From a virus (taxonomy: Duplodnaviria; Heunggongvirae; Uroviricota; Caudoviricetes): DNA of 50,701 nt. The notes below the pieces were generated by a model. That model worked only from the letters and a program-made list of their open reading frames with translations. It was not told the DNA's origin and did not search any database. Every line of letters begins with the position of its first letter. Position 1 is the first letter of the stretch. The DNA is taken from the IMG/VR virus record IMGVR_UViG_3300048813_000140, positions 1 to 50,701 of that record. One strand, given 5' to 3'. This document shows, piece after piece, positions 1-10,564 of the stretch. A program made the translations under genes and the position numbers.

Positions 1-2
1 AC

Positions 3-2102
3 CGCCCAGAACAAATCAAATGATGCGGTGTTCCAATCGGCCAAATAAAGTTTTCCAGCAGTTTCACTGTTTGAAAACATACCCCAACGCAGTGCATAAG
101 TAGTGTTTGCCGCAAGAGTTGCTGCACCACCATAAATTGCGGTCAATTGTAGAGTGGGAGCTACTAAGTTTCCAGTTAAAGTTATATTGGTTGCAAGTGC
201 TGTTCCAGTAAGAGTCGGACTAGCGCTAAAAACAACATTTCCAGTACCAGTCGTTCCGCTTACGGTAGTGCCTTGAATTTTTGCGATAGTGGACGCTAAA
301 GACTGCGATCCAGAAGCGGCAGAAGTCGTAACATCGCCAGTCAATTGATTAATTGCGTTGACCGTAACAGCGCCCTGAGCACCATTTACAGAAGTAACGC
401 CAGCGGCAGGAGTAACGAGTACCCATTTAGTACCATTATAGATAACTAAATCGCCAATTTGGAAATTGGTCATTGAAGGATCGGTCAATCCAGCAACGGT
501 TCCAGAATCGGCTGCGCTTACCCAATAAGTGTAACCAGTAACGCCAGTGCCGTCGACTAGTGTTGGAGTATTTATGTTAGGATTCCAATTGCCTTGGAAT
601 TCCATAAGAGTAGCAGGTAACTGAGAAAGAGGAACTTTTCCGCCACCATCTAATGATGCAACACCACTTGCGGCGCCGACTTCAGATTGAGTAACATACG
701 TTGCGGATAAATCAGGAATGTCAGCAGAAACCAACGCTCTAAAGGTAGGTTGAGCGGCAGAACCCGTAGCAGGACCAGCAAAAACTTTATTTGCAGTTTG
801 AGTTGCCAAAGTCTGCGTCAGAGTCCCAGACGAAGTGATGGGCGAACCGGTGATATTGTATATGGGAGTCGTAGAAGCGTCAGCAAAAGCTACTGAAGTA
901 ACGGTACCACTAGTAATAGTGGCCCAAGTCATTGGTGAAGATCCGCCACCACCAGAAACTAACGCTTGGCCAGAAGTACCTGCTGTTGCGGGTAAATTGA
1001 AGTTATACGTAGCAGACGTTGAAAGAGCCTGAATGTTAGTTAAGAAAGCGTTCGTACTATTGGCTATCTGTAGAATTCCATTGACAGACGACGATACACC
1101 TAGTTGTATGCCTGATGTGGACCAAGCTAATTGTTGGTTTCCGGCTGAATCAACCAAAATTCTAGTTTGATAATTAATTGAAACGTGCGCGGCATTATCC
1201 AAAAGAAGACGATTGGTTATGTCTTGGGCTACATTACCGGAAGGATCATAAATATTTCCGACAAAAAGATGATTCCAAGAAAATCCTGCAGCGCCTAAAT
1301 TAAATGTTGCTGAAGCGTTGGGGAGCAAGCTTTGGTTTATGGCCGTAGATGTTAAGTTAGAAAGAGCAGTATTTGCACCAGTAGCGGGAGCGGGTTGCCA
1401 AGAAGGTATGCCAGAAACTACGGTCAATATTTGACCAGTGGTTCCGATGGGTAACGCAGAAAGCGTATTTGAAGCGCTGGCATAAAGTGTGTCGCCGGTC
1501 GTATAAGAGGTCAGACCTGTTCCGCCATATTGGGGACCAATTGGAGTTGCAGTCCATATACCACTCGTGATCGTACCGATGCTGGCCAAGTTTGACAGAG
1601 TAGTTAGGGTAGTATTCGTAGTAGCCGTAATGTTTGAGGCTGTTCCTGAAGTGTTCGAAGTAATCGTCGAAGGAATATCAGCAGAAACCAACGCTCTAAA
1701 GGTAGGTTGAGCAGGTGATCCAGATCCGGGGCCAGCAAATACTAAGTTTGCATTCTGATTACTTAGAGTAAAAGTCAAAGTTCCAGCGCTAGTTACTGGG
1801 CTTCCAGAAATCGAATATATCGGGGTAGTCGAACCATCAGAAAGGGCTACGGAGGTTACGTTACCTGCGGATGCCCACGTTAAGTTTCCAGACCCGTCGT
1901 TATGCAGAAAGGTATTCGCACTACCTTGGGCAGCCGGTAAAACGACCGAATAGGTCGTAGTCGTCGGATTTGCCGTCATGGTTAGCGTACCAGAGGTAGA
2001 GCCGTTAAATTGTGCTCCGCCCAAAGATACTGTGTTTATGGCACTATTCTCAGTTCTTTGAACGCCGCCGCTAATAAATGAAAATAAATTAATAATTGAC
2101 AT
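3..2102 (-). CDS. Tail fibre protein, partial (about 700 aa, C-terminus beyond the left edge; not in the supplied ORF track)
   Basis: Manual translation from ATG at 2102 (AAGGGT upstream): MSIINLFSFISGGVQRTENS...; the frame was consistent where checked down to position 3. Gly/Ser/Thr-rich with fibre-type motifs AGP.SG..AQPTFRALVSADIP (twice), ASLDGGGKVPLSQLP, GDLVIYNGTKW and VTSVNGAQGAV. Confidence 0.85.
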   Translation of the reverse strand, partial: MSIINLFSFISGGVQRTENSAINTVSLGGAQFNGSTSGTLTMTANPTTTTYSVVLPAAQGSANTFLHNDGSGNLTWASAGNVTSVALSDGSTTPIYSISGSPVTSAGTLTFTLSNQNANLVFAGPGSGSPAQPTFRALVSADIPSTITSNTSGTASNITATTNTTLTTLSNLASIGTITSGIWTATPIGPQYGGTGLTSYTTGDTLYASASNTLSALPIGTTGQILTVVSGIPSWQPAPATGANTALSNLTSTAINQSLLPNASATFNLGAAGFSWNHLFVGNIYDPSGNVAQDITNRLLLDNAAHVSINYQTRILVDSAGNQQLAWSTSGIQLGVSSSVNGILQIANSTNAFLTNIQALSTSATYNFNLPATAGTSGQALVSGGGGSSPMTWATITSGTVTSVAFADASTTPIYNITGSPITSSGTLTQTLATQTANKVFAGPATGSAAQPTFRALVSADIPDLSATYVTQSEVGAASGVASLDGGGKVPLSQLPATLMEFQGNWNPNINTPTLVDGTGVTGYTYWVSAADSGTVAGLTDPSMTNFQIGDLVIYNGTKWVLVTPAAGVTSVNGAQGAVTVNAINQLTGDVTTSAASGSQSLASTIAKIQGTTVSGTTGTGNVVFSASPTLTGTALATNITLTGNLVAPTLQLTAIYGGAATLAANTTYALRWGMFSNSETAGKLYLADWNTASFDLFWA

Positions 2103-2188
2103 GATCTACCCTTTTAAAATTAGAAGTTCTTACTTCCTTAAGATTGTTCCCATTAAAGTTTTCTTAATTAAGCTGTTGATTTTCATGA

Positions 2189-2638
2189 TTATAATTGCCC
2201 AACGACCGATATCATCAATTTGATATCAAAAAGCGATGGATTGTACTCATTTTCTACGATTACGCCTATAAAAATTACAAAATCTCCAGGAGCGAATCCA
2301 CCTACACCTTCTGTGGGTTTGGTGTCTATAAGCTCTCCAGGGGTCAAACTAGCATAAACAGCTGACCCAATTGGAAATGAAGTTGTAATATTTTCAAGAC
2401 GGCCATTGTCCATAACTTGACCAACTGCACCATTTGGAATAGAAGTCTGAGTAAGACCTACAATTGCCTGAACATCGCTCTCGTTGGATGGATCTAACGG
2501 TATGATTTGGCCGCTTCCATTGATGCAGACCAAAGTTGCCTGAGGCATAGTGCTACCAGAGGCGTTTTGGAAACCAGTGGCAGTTGCCCTGCTGGTTCCA
2601 GAAAAAACATTATTAAATGCATTAGGGTTGTAGCTCAT
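2189..2638 (-). CDS. Virion structural protein, head-fibre/cement (DUF2190-like) fold suspected
   Basis: 149-aa ORF with pattern VCINGSGQ..AIVGLTQTSIPNGAVGQVMDNG..GSAVYAS..G, which resembles capsid-fibre/cement domains; sits between fibre genes. Confidence 0.5.
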   Translation of the reverse strand: MSYNPNAFNNVFSGTSRATATGFQNASGSTMPQATLVCINGSGQIIPLDPSNESDVQAIVGLTQTSIPNGAVGQVMDNGRLENITTSFPIGSAVYASLTPGELIDTKPTEGVGGFAPGDFVIFIGVIVENEYNPSLFDIKLMISVVGQL

Positions 2639-2639
2639 A

Positions 2640-5597
2640 TTAGAAGATATCCCATCCAGTGCCGTTGGAGATTAACGAATAAGAAACGTATTGAGTAGTT
2701 ACAGCGTAGCTGGCGTTACCATCTATCAAGTCTGTACCATTCGCCACTATGTTCATCGCATTTGTGGTCGAATCAACCTTTTTCATGTAAAAAACTTGCC
2801 CCGTAACAGACGATGCTGCTGGTAAATTAAAGGTAACTGAGTTAGAAGTACAATCAGCCCTTAAGAAACAATCCGTAGAAAGTACTGAATACGTAGCACC
2901 AGTTTTTGTGCTGATACTTACTGGTCCACCTAAAGCGTCTTGACCGGTCATTCCAGCTGGCCCTTGCGGTCCTGGAGGTCCTTGCTGACCACCGCCACCG
3001 CCACCACCACCACCTGCGAATGTAAACTCTAATCTATCTCCAACCACCAAAGGTCTTTGGAGTTCAATCTGAGTTGCGGGAGCGCCGACAGATCCGACTT
3101 CGGTGTAATCATCTCCAACGGTCATCTTTTGACCGTTTAAGAACATTTCTAATTTTCCATATCCAACCACATAGTGAACGGCTGGATCGCCAGAAAGTCT
3201 GGAATTGTTTGGCAATGTTATCAAGGTCAACGATGCGATTGGTCCCGTAAGAGAAGTGGGAGGAGTAGCGCCAGAGGCAACTATCGTAACGGTCTCATCG
3301 TATCCAGGCTGAATCGAGGCTGAAATCAAGCTAGCAATTACGTCATCTATCTCTTTGATAGCAAGCGTTAAATTTTGACCATCCTGAATGGAATAATTTC
3401 CTTGCCCAGTTCCTGCCTGAATAACAGACATAGCAAAAGGAGCAGAAATATTTATATTTGAAGGTGCGGTAGTTAACCCTGCAGAATTATTGACTACAGT
3501 TACTACGTTTCCTACAGAACTTGCTGTAAAATCGTTGAAATAAGTGCTATTGATCAACGTAACCAATGAAGAGGCAGTTTGTGTTGAAGTCTGACCGGGA
3601 ACAATGTCCCATGGCAAGCCTATCGCGTTAGCCAAAGGCGTAGGATCTACACCCGTACCATTGTAATTCACCCAAATATAATATTGCCGATTACTTCCAG
3701 AAGAGAATAAGTAGGCATATTGATTGGATGTCGTCATAGTGCTGGCAGCGCCAGTTGTTATGCTTAAAATTTCTTGCAATGCGCCAGGATACACCGTCGC
3801 TGTGTAGTCTGGAGCCGTATCGCTTTCCGATGGAGATCCAATGTATTGAAGTACGTTATCGAGTTGAGGTCCAGAAAGTTCTTGTATGTCACCTTGTTGT
3901 AATTCAGCGCCCAAGAATTGCACATAAACTCTAGGAGTCGATCCACCATCATCAGATCTAAAAAATAACCAAATGACATTCTGATTAATTGGAACTAAAG
4001 ATCTGTCTGCCAGTACGATATCTCTGGGAGTTCCAGTAGATAGGGGTAAAGTATATGTTCCATAAGCGTAAACACCAGGGACACCAGCTGCGGATTGATT
4101 GGCGACTACGTATTGGCCTGTCAATGTTACCGTGAAAGAATTGTTTACGGTCTGAATTTGATAATAATTGGCCGTAGTATCGCTGTAAGCTCTTATCCAG
4201 TCACCGGGCGATAGGCCAGTAGTCCAGGGAACACTGCCTACGGATACGACGGTCGTAGTGCCAGGAGATCCTGCATGAGTAGTGAAAAGTAAATTTGGAG
4301 CAACCTGAACATTTCGCGTAAGATTTATGTATGCGACTTCATTGTTGGCTAATGTTACTGAGTTACCGGTCGGATTCTCAGCAATTTGATAGTCTAAGCT
4401 CGACCCAACTATTTTGAAATATATCTGACCATCGCCAGGAGGGTTACTTGCCCAGTTGATCTGACCAGCTTGAGTTATCTGTCCTGCAGAATAAAAAGAT
4501 ACCATGACGCCAGTTGTCGTAGCGGTAGCTACACCAGACATAGTGACGGTAGTTCCTACGATATTTATAATAGTAGTAGCTGTGGGTATTCCAGTACCCA
4601 TAATGAGTTGACCAATAGCCAGTCCAGTCGTAGATGCTAGATTGGTCAACTGATTCGTAGAAACAGTGATATTGCCCATAGTATTAAGAACAGGCGTAGA
4701 GTTAGGCAAGATACCATGAGAAATGGTACTATTGCCAGTAAAAATCGTATTGCCCAGATCTTCTCTCAAAAGAGATAAAGAAGAGTTCGAAGAAGGAGAA
4801 AACCAGTAAGGGGTACCCTGTATCTGAGCCAAGGAGGTCATTACTGCATTCATCCAGTCCTTCAGATTGGATAGCATTTTGTCGCCACCCTCAAAAGGAT
4901 TTACTGAATTGGACGTAGAAGTGTTAGGATTTGCGTTCCTGCCTTCTGTCTGAGCGGTCCATGGGTATTGATAAAATGAATTTGGAGAAGATCCGCCAGT
5001 ACCAAGACGGAAAAGTAGCCATCTAGCGTCCGTGATTGATAGTACGTTATTCCCGCTATCGGTGGTAACGATTGCAATTGGTAAAATATTTGCTGGCCAT
5101 ATGGTAGTGGAGATACTGAGCGTATACTCTAAGATCTGCGCCCTAGGAGCGATAATGTCTGTTTCGGTATTTGATGTCGGGTCCCACAAGATAACTTCGG
5201 CGTCAGTAGAGGGATCTAAAAATCTAGAATAGTCTAGACCAACGTAGTTCGTAGAATTTGCGGAAAATGATCCAGTTACGACATTGGGGTTAGTTACGCT
5301 ATTTAGCGCTTGAAGAGGAGTTCCGGTAGGCACCATGAAGACGGTACCCGATTGACTAGCCGCAATATGGAATATAGCACCTGGGTCAACTATGACCTGT
5401 AAGTTGTTAGATGCGCCACCGATGGCCCCTGTCATGGATAACTCAAACCCACGAATAAAGTAACCCTGAGAAGTTCCGGTAACAAAAGCCTGAATTAATG
5501 TATCAAAATCTGCTGAAACTGATGATTCTATAGATCTTAGGTCGGGAAGATCAACCCTTTGTTCTGACAGGAAATTTACGCGGCGCAGTACACTCAT
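2640..5597 (-). CDS. Tail fibre / baseplate-attached fibre protein (985 aa)
   Basis: T/S/G-rich beta-type sequence; poly-Gly followed by collagen-like GPPGPQGPAGMTGQD; C-terminal TFNLPAAS..GQVFYMKKVD..NIVANGTDLIDG domain typical of phage fibre tips. Confidence 0.75.
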   Translation of the reverse strand: MSVLRRVNFLSEQRVDLPDLRSIESSVSADFDTLIQAFVTGTSQGYFIRGFELSMTGAIGGASNNLQVIVDPGAIFHIAASQSGTVFMVPTGTPLQALNSVTNPNVVTGSFSANSTNYVGLDYSRFLDPSTDAEVILWDPTSNTETDIIAPRAQILEYTLSISTTIWPANILPIAIVTTDSGNNVLSITDARWLLFRLGTGGSSPNSFYQYPWTAQTEGRNANPNTSTSNSVNPFEGGDKMLSNLKDWMNAVMTSLAQIQGTPYWFSPSSNSSLSLLREDLGNTIFTGNSTISHGILPNSTPVLNTMGNITVSTNQLTNLASTTGLAIGQLIMGTGIPTATTIINIVGTTVTMSGVATATTTGVMVSFYSAGQITQAGQINWASNPPGDGQIYFKIVGSSLDYQIAENPTGNSVTLANNEVAYINLTRNVQVAPNLLFTTHAGSPGTTTVVSVGSVPWTTGLSPGDWIRAYSDTTANYYQIQTVNNSFTVTLTGQYVVANQSAAGVPGVYAYGTYTLPLSTGTPRDIVLADRSLVPINQNVIWLFFRSDDGGSTPRVYVQFLGAELQQGDIQELSGPQLDNVLQYIGSPSESDTAPDYTATVYPGALQEILSITTGAASTMTTSNQYAYLFSSGSNRQYYIWVNYNGTGVDPTPLANAIGLPWDIVPGQTSTQTASSLVTLINSTYFNDFTASSVGNVVTVVNNSAGLTTAPSNINISAPFAMSVIQAGTGQGNYSIQDGQNLTLAIKEIDDVIASLISASIQPGYDETVTIVASGATPPTSLTGPIASLTLITLPNNSRLSGDPAVHYVVGYGKLEMFLNGQKMTVGDDYTEVGSVGAPATQIELQRPLVVGDRLEFTFAGGGGGGGGGQQGPPGPQGPAGMTGQDALGGPVSISTKTGATYSVLSTDCFLRADCTSNSVTFNLPAASSVTGQVFYMKKVDSTTNAMNIVANGTDLIDGNASYAVTTQYVSYSLISNGTGWDIF

Positions 5598-5599
5598 AA

Positions 5600-6691
5600 C
5601 TATTTAATTTTCCTATATTTATTTGAACTTACTGTTTCTGATATTTCCGTAAATTCTTCTGTAGAAATATCTGTTTTTTTAGACCATATCCAATTTTTAT
5701 GGGATAGATTTTTGTATATAACGCCGTTGGGCTTTTTTGTTGATGCACTATTTATAACTCTGCTAACGCATCCAACCGTAAATCCATCTTTCTTTACGTC
5801 ATTTACGCAAGTGTATTTTTTAATTTCTTTAGTTAGTATATTCATCCCTATAACTGGGATCAATAGAGGTTTTTGGGGTTGTTTGGGTTTATTTTGTATT
5901 TCGTATATTAATACATATCGTTCTTCTAGTAATAACTTACAGTTGTCCACGTCAGCAAAAACCCATACAAAATCATTGGATGTTTTCGATGTTTTGAATT
6001 GAGTCGCGCGACCTATTATCGTACTGTTAAATCCACTATAACTCGCTTCTTTGGCAGATTTAAATCGTACAATTTCTCCAGTTTTCAGCGACTTTCCCAG
6101 AATAGGGCGTTCATTGCGAACTTTTCCTCTTTTTGCGTGTACGCATCTTTCTTGTAGTTTTTCTAAAGAAAATTCTTCTTTTGAAATCCAAACCCATCCA
6201 CCAGTGGACGCAGATGTGTGGGATGGCCTATTTTTATTAAAACTGGTGAATTTTAGTACACATTTTCTGACACACTTTTCGTTAAATCCATCCATCTTAG
6301 TATCCATTGCCGATTCGTATTCTTTTATTTCGCCAGTTTTAATGCACATACCAACTATAGGTTTTTTATTAGCTTCTCCTATGATTCTCTTGGTGTCCTT
6401 ATCGTGCGTGTGTCCTTTGCCACCCTCTGTCAGATTATAAAGATTTAGGCTATTCTCAATAATATTTTGCTCTTCTTTGTCTAATTCTTCTATAGTGTTG
6501 ACGGTTTTTATTACCTCAAATCTAAAGGCTGACTCTCCATATTTAGTCCAGGCAGCCTGCAGATACCTGTTTTTGTGTTTTCCTGCTCGCAAACAATATA
6601 AATGCTCCCTAAACCTAATTGTCTCAGGTCTTGTTGTCTGTCCTACATATTTGTGTCCGCTTTCAATGTGGACTATTTGGTAGATAAGCAT
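5600..6691 (-). mobile_element. Free-standing GIY-YIG homing endonuclease with repeated NUMOD1-like DNA-binding modules
   Basis: N-terminal LIYQIVHIESGHKYVGQT..R..H and NRYLQAAW.KYG..F.FEVI; repeats KPIVGMCIKTGEIKEYES, RPILGKSLKTGEIVRFKS and PVIGMNILTKEIKKYTC. Confidence 0.9.
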
Positions 6692-6780
6692 ACTAATAAG
6701 ATTGTCCTCTTGCTTTATACTCTTATATCATATATAATAGATTTGAAGTCGCCCGATAATCTTATAGGTAGGAGATCATC

Positions 6781-7176
6781 TTGGGATATAATACTCGTGG
6801 AAGCAAAGAGCTTTCTCAATTACAGCAAATTCGCAAAGAAAATGACAAATTGAAGAAAGAAATCAGTAGTTTACGTAAACAGTTGGCTCGTTTAGATTTA
6901 GATCGTTTCTCTTATGTAAAGGACATAGTTCAGGAACATCTTGCTCAAGAAGGCGAAATAGAGACTACCGAGAAAATGTTACAAAGACTCAAGGATGAAT
7001 GGAAATGTGATCAGTGTAATGTAGGTTTCTTGGAAATTAACCTATATTCCAAAGTCGGCGAGGCGTGGTATTACAGAAAATGCTGCAATGCAGCATGTGA
7101 CCATAGAACTGTAGGTAAAAAGTACTCAAAAGAAGTCCGTGGCATCATAAAAGACGACCCAAAAAACTCTAAATAG
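6781..7176 (+). CDS. Hypothetical protein, N-terminal coiled coil plus C-terminal Zn-ribbon
   Basis: TTG start with AGGAG upstream; heptad-rich N-terminus; CDQC...CCNAAC. Confidence 0.7.
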   Translation: MGYNTRGSKELSQLQQIRKENDKLKKEISSLRKQLARLDLDRFSYVKDIVQEHLAQEGEIETTEKMLQRLKDEWKCDQCNVGFLEINLYSKVGEAWYYRKCCNAACDHRTVGKKYSKEVRGIIKDDPKNSK

Positions 7177-7204
7177 TTGAAATTGCTTATATTTTAATAA
7201 AGTC

Positions 7205-7233
7205 TTGACTTTCCTTCCATAATTTGGTATACT
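7205..7233 (+). promoter_or_regulatory. Sigma70-type promoter
   Basis: TTGACT (7205-7210), 17 bp spacer, TATACT (7228-7233) with TG extended -10; upstream of GGAGG and ATG 7254. Confidence 0.8.
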
Positions 7234-7253
7234 GTACGTGGATTGGAGGCTCG

Positions 7254-7655
7254 ATGCCCTATGACATTATTATTTTGGCCGCAGCAAAGGCCGCAAAAGT
7301 GTCTGGATCTTTACTTTTAGCCATCTGTATGCATGAGACAGGACTAAAAAACGTTACCGTAAGACAAGACGGTGGTTCACCTACGTATGGATTATGTCAA
7401 GTAAAGTATGAAACCGCTCAAGGCCTAGGATATGATGGCATGCCTGATGGATTGTTGATTCCTGAAACCAACGCCAAATATGCAGCTCTCTATCTCAAAA
7501 AGCAGCTTATTAGATATGATTACGATCAAAACAAGGCAGTAGCGGCCTACAATGCTGGGCGGTATAATGAAAGTACCAAGTATCCAGGATACCCAAAAAA
7601 CTTGAAATACGTAAAGAAAGTACTGGAAATATATGCAAAGAATAATGACTCTTGA
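7254..7655 (+). CDS. Lytic transglycosylase (SLT/lysozyme-like)
   Basis: Catalytic motifs AICMHETG, YGLCQV and AVAAYNAG. Start moved to ATG 7254 because GGAGG lies at 7245-7249. Confidence 0.9.
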   Translation: MPYDIIILAAAKAAKVSGSLLLAICMHETGLKNVTVRQDGGSPTYGLCQVKYETAQGLGYDGMPDGLLIPETNAKYAALYLKKQLIRYDYDQNKAVAAYNAGRYNESTKYPGYPKNLKYVKKVLEIYAKNNDS

Positions 7656-8199
7656 TGTTGAGTTGACTCAACCTGGAAAAAAGATCATTCAAATAGGCGC
7701 TGCGGTATACGACGTTCGCGATGCCAGCTTGTGCGGTACTATGGAAATTTTTGTGAATCCACATGAACCTATAAGTCAGGGAATCACGGAGCTTACCGGA
7801 ATAACCAATGAGGATGTGCAGCATGGCTATGACATAGCGCAGGCATATGAAAGGCTAAGAAGTTTTCATAAAGAACTCAAGCCATTTAAAAATCCATTAG
7901 TCTGGGGATCTGGAATAATGAACGATAGCTCTTTAATTTACGACGAATATATAGCGAGGACCGGACATGGAGACGAAAACTTCATGGGTCTTAGAGTCAT
8001 AGACGCAAAAACCCTATTCCAAAGTTTAATGATATTCAAAAATGGTAGCTACGCAGGTGGTCTAAAACCTTGCATGAAAAGACTTGGATTGACATTTGAA
8101 GGTAGAGAGCATACGGCTCTTGCTGATGCTAAAAATACGTTTACCCTATGGTACCAATTGGTCAGGATGATGCACGATGGATTCAAAACACGAAAATAG
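7633..8199 (+). CDS. DEDDh 3'-5' exonuclease (DnaQ/ERI1-like)
   Basis: ExoI TLDVELT, ExoII region WGSGIMND, ExoIII HTALADA. Confidence 0.9.
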   Translation: MQRIMTLDVELTQPGKKIIQIGAAVYDVRDASLCGTMEIFVNPHEPISQGITELTGITNEDVQHGYDIAQAYERLRSFHKELKPFKNPLVWGSGIMNDSSLIYDEYIARTGHGDENFMGLRVIDAKTLFQSLMIFKNGSYAGGLKPCMKRLGLTFEGREHTALADAKNTFTLWYQLVRMMHDGFKTRK

Positions 8200-8248
8200 T
8201 GCTATCTTCTTAGGAATTGTGATCTTTTTGATCTTGATGGCTATGATT

Positions 8249-8674
8249 TTAAGTTCTGTCCAAAGCCCATAATGGGACCTTTCCTGTGAAGGAAAAGTTC
8301 AATTTATATGTCGACTTGGTAGATATTGTATGGGATTCATTGGTGACCTTAGCTTCTTGAATATAGAGTATATCTTCCCCGGTGGCACGATCAGTTATCC
8401 TTATTGAAATGTACGGCGAGGCCGCCATGTCAATCCATAAAGGTCTGGCACTTATCGCTTGCAATCCACCACTAAGCTTAACTCTTACTCCGCTTATGCT
8501 TCCTTTTACGCTGGCCTTGTTGCTGGCTATTTCTTGTGCCCATGGAGTATCGATTCCGCGAATTTCCTCTTCTCCATAATCTACAGAAAATGAGACGGTT
8601 TGCGCTACATGATACGGAACGTTGTTTATTCGCAAAATGATGTTTGGACCTACCAAAACTACTGGAACTGCCAT
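8249..8674 (-). CDS. Tail tube-like / tube-fold baseplate protein
   Basis: 141-aa beta-rich sequence (AQTVSFSVDYGEEEIRGID..QEIAS..SVKGSISG) resembling tube-fold proteins; lies downstream of the baseplate genes. Confidence 0.55.
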   Translation of the reverse strand: MAVPVVLVGPNIILRINNVPYHVAQTVSFSVDYGEEEIRGIDTPWAQEIASNKASVKGSISGVRVKLSGGLQAISARPLWIDMAASPYISIRITDRATGEDILYIQEAKVTNESHTISTKSTYKLNFSFTGKVPLWALDRT

Positions 8675-10564
8675 TTAGGGACCCCATACCGATGTTATTT
8701 CTGAATAGATCGTGCCAGCTTTTCCCAGCCCTATATCAGAAGGATATTGAATCGTATAATTTATGGTCATACCGGTAGCAGCTATCGAATTGATCAAATC
8801 TTGTGCGTAAACCCTACCATCAACCACTCCAGTGACATAGAATGGGTAATCTGTGGCGTTTTGCGTCAAAACCACAGGATTTCTATAAACTAGAGAGACG
8901 GTCGTTCCTATAGGCCAATCATTCTGAACGGTATATGCTGGACTAATTTGAATGGTATCAAAAGAAGATACGCCTATGTAGGGTATCGGACCCTCTTGAT
9001 TTTGTGTACCGTATCCAAGCATTATGTAACCCTGGGTGTTTGGAAACTGCAATGCGTTTGCTACTTGTATAACCTTAGGACTGGCAGGATCTACGACCTG
9101 AGCCAGCGTTGTATCGGTAGCACTAACGGTAAAAGTTTGGGTAGTATCATATCCATAAGGACCAAATTGGTTTGGTGCCAAGGATTTATTATCACCCTGA
9201 GGGCCGCTAGCAACTATGTTTTGTGATCCAGAGTAGGCGATAGTTAAAAGTAGATTATATATATTGGATCTAACCAACACAACATTCGTACTGTTTACCG
9301 TAGCGACCAGGCCAGTTATGCTATTCACAGCGTTAACTATATTTTGTGTGGTTATGGCCGCCGTAGCTCCGATAGCAAAATCTATTCCAGCCACCAGAGA
9401 TGTTGAGGTAGTTATCGAAAATACTTCTCCAAGACTAGGATTGGCATTTAACGTAAATGTTCCAGTAGGAGGATAGTGAATATGAGCAGCGCCCATTCGC
9501 GTTCTTCCTGTGATCAACGTACTTGCTGGCATAAATATCTGCACTATGTTTGGCATAACCTGATAAACCGCAGCATACAGCAGATTGCTCGATAGTATTC
9601 TCTTTTCAGGACTATAAAACAGTACTGCGTTGTCCGCTCCCTGAGTGATTATACCAGAAGATCCGAATATGTTCTGAACTTCAAAATATGATGAGCCAAC
9701 CACTCCACCAGCAACAGCTGTTACTGGATAGCTTCCTGTGTTAGTAGAGGCAGAAAATCCTCCACCAAAAATATTGACATAGTTCCCTACGCTAACTTTT
9801 CCTAAATTTGGGTTAGCTCCACCACTCCAGACAAATTTTACGTATCCACCAGGCTGCAAGCTCAACGTCCACTGTGTCGATAAATTTCCTCCAGCTGGAA
9901 TTACAGATGCGTAGAGAAGGGCATTTTGAGCACTTCCACCAAACACAGTGACACTAGATGCAGGACCTATGGTATCGCTTAACAGTTCTACGTAATTTCC
10001 ATTGCCGTCATTTTTGGCAATGGCGGTACCGGTCAATCCAGATGTTCTGAGCGTTTCAGTAATAGCATCTGCCACTTCTTGCGCGGTGGCTGCGGCTATA
10101 TTTTCAAAATCTTCTGTGGAGAAGACTATATTAGAATTCAGGGGATTATTATCAAAATTTATGATTAAATTATCACCATCAGTCAAGTTGTAGGGCTCAT
10201 AATTCGTAGATGCACTGTAGGCTCTAACGAATTCATCCCCAAACATGAGATCCAGAATTTTATTCATGAGATCTCTTACTTGTTTGCGATTTTTTACTGC
10301 AATACCTATCTGACTAAATACGCTATCGGACAACCCCAAAGAAGGAGGTCTAGTAATTCCATATTGTGCTAGTCGTTCATCTAGGTACGTTCCAGACGCA
10401 GATGCTATGTAGAGTTGATCATTAACACCAGCGGCATTATTGATCAAATACTCAGACATTCCAGCCAAAGCATTAAGAATATTGTCGGTATTGACTCCCT
10501 TTATGTAAGGAGTCAAATATGACCTTAATCTAGTATATTCTTGGGGCAGCGTAGTTACGGCCAT
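8675..10564 (-). CDS. Baseplate wedge protein (gp7/P2 gpI-like position) with inserted beta modules
   Basis: Follows the J-like gene; N-terminal ASGTYLDERLAQYGITRP typical of wedge subunits; shares internal modules with the J-like protein. Confidence 0.65.
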   Translation of the reverse strand: MAVTTLPQEYTRLRSYLTPYIKGVNTDNILNALAGMSEYLINNAAGVNDQLYIASASGTYLDERLAQYGITRPPSLGLSDSVFSQIGIAVKNRKQVRDLMNKILDLMFGDEFVRAYSASTNYEPYNLTDGDNLIINFDNNPLNSNIVFSTEDFENIAAATAQEVADAITETLRTSGLTGTAIAKNDGNGNYVELLSDTIGPASSVTVFGGSAQNALLYASVIPAGGNLSTQWTLSLQPGGYVKFVWSGGANPNLGKVSVGNYVNIFGGGFSASTNTGSYPVTAVAGGVVGSSYFEVQNIFGSSGIITQGADNAVLFYSPEKRILSSNLLYAAVYQVMPNIVQIFMPASTLITGRTRMGAAHIHYPPTGTFTLNANPSLGEVFSITTSTSLVAGIDFAIGATAAITTQNIVNAVNSITGLVATVNSTNVVLVRSNIYNLLLTIAYSGSQNIVASGPQGDNKSLAPNQFGPYGYDTTQTFTVSATDTTLAQVVDPASPKVIQVANALQFPNTQGYIMLGYGTQNQEGPIPYIGVSSFDTIQISPAYTVQNDWPIGTTVSLVYRNPVVLTQNATDYPFYVTGVVDGRVYAQDLINSIAATGMTINYTIQYPSDIGLGKAGTIYSEITSVWGP

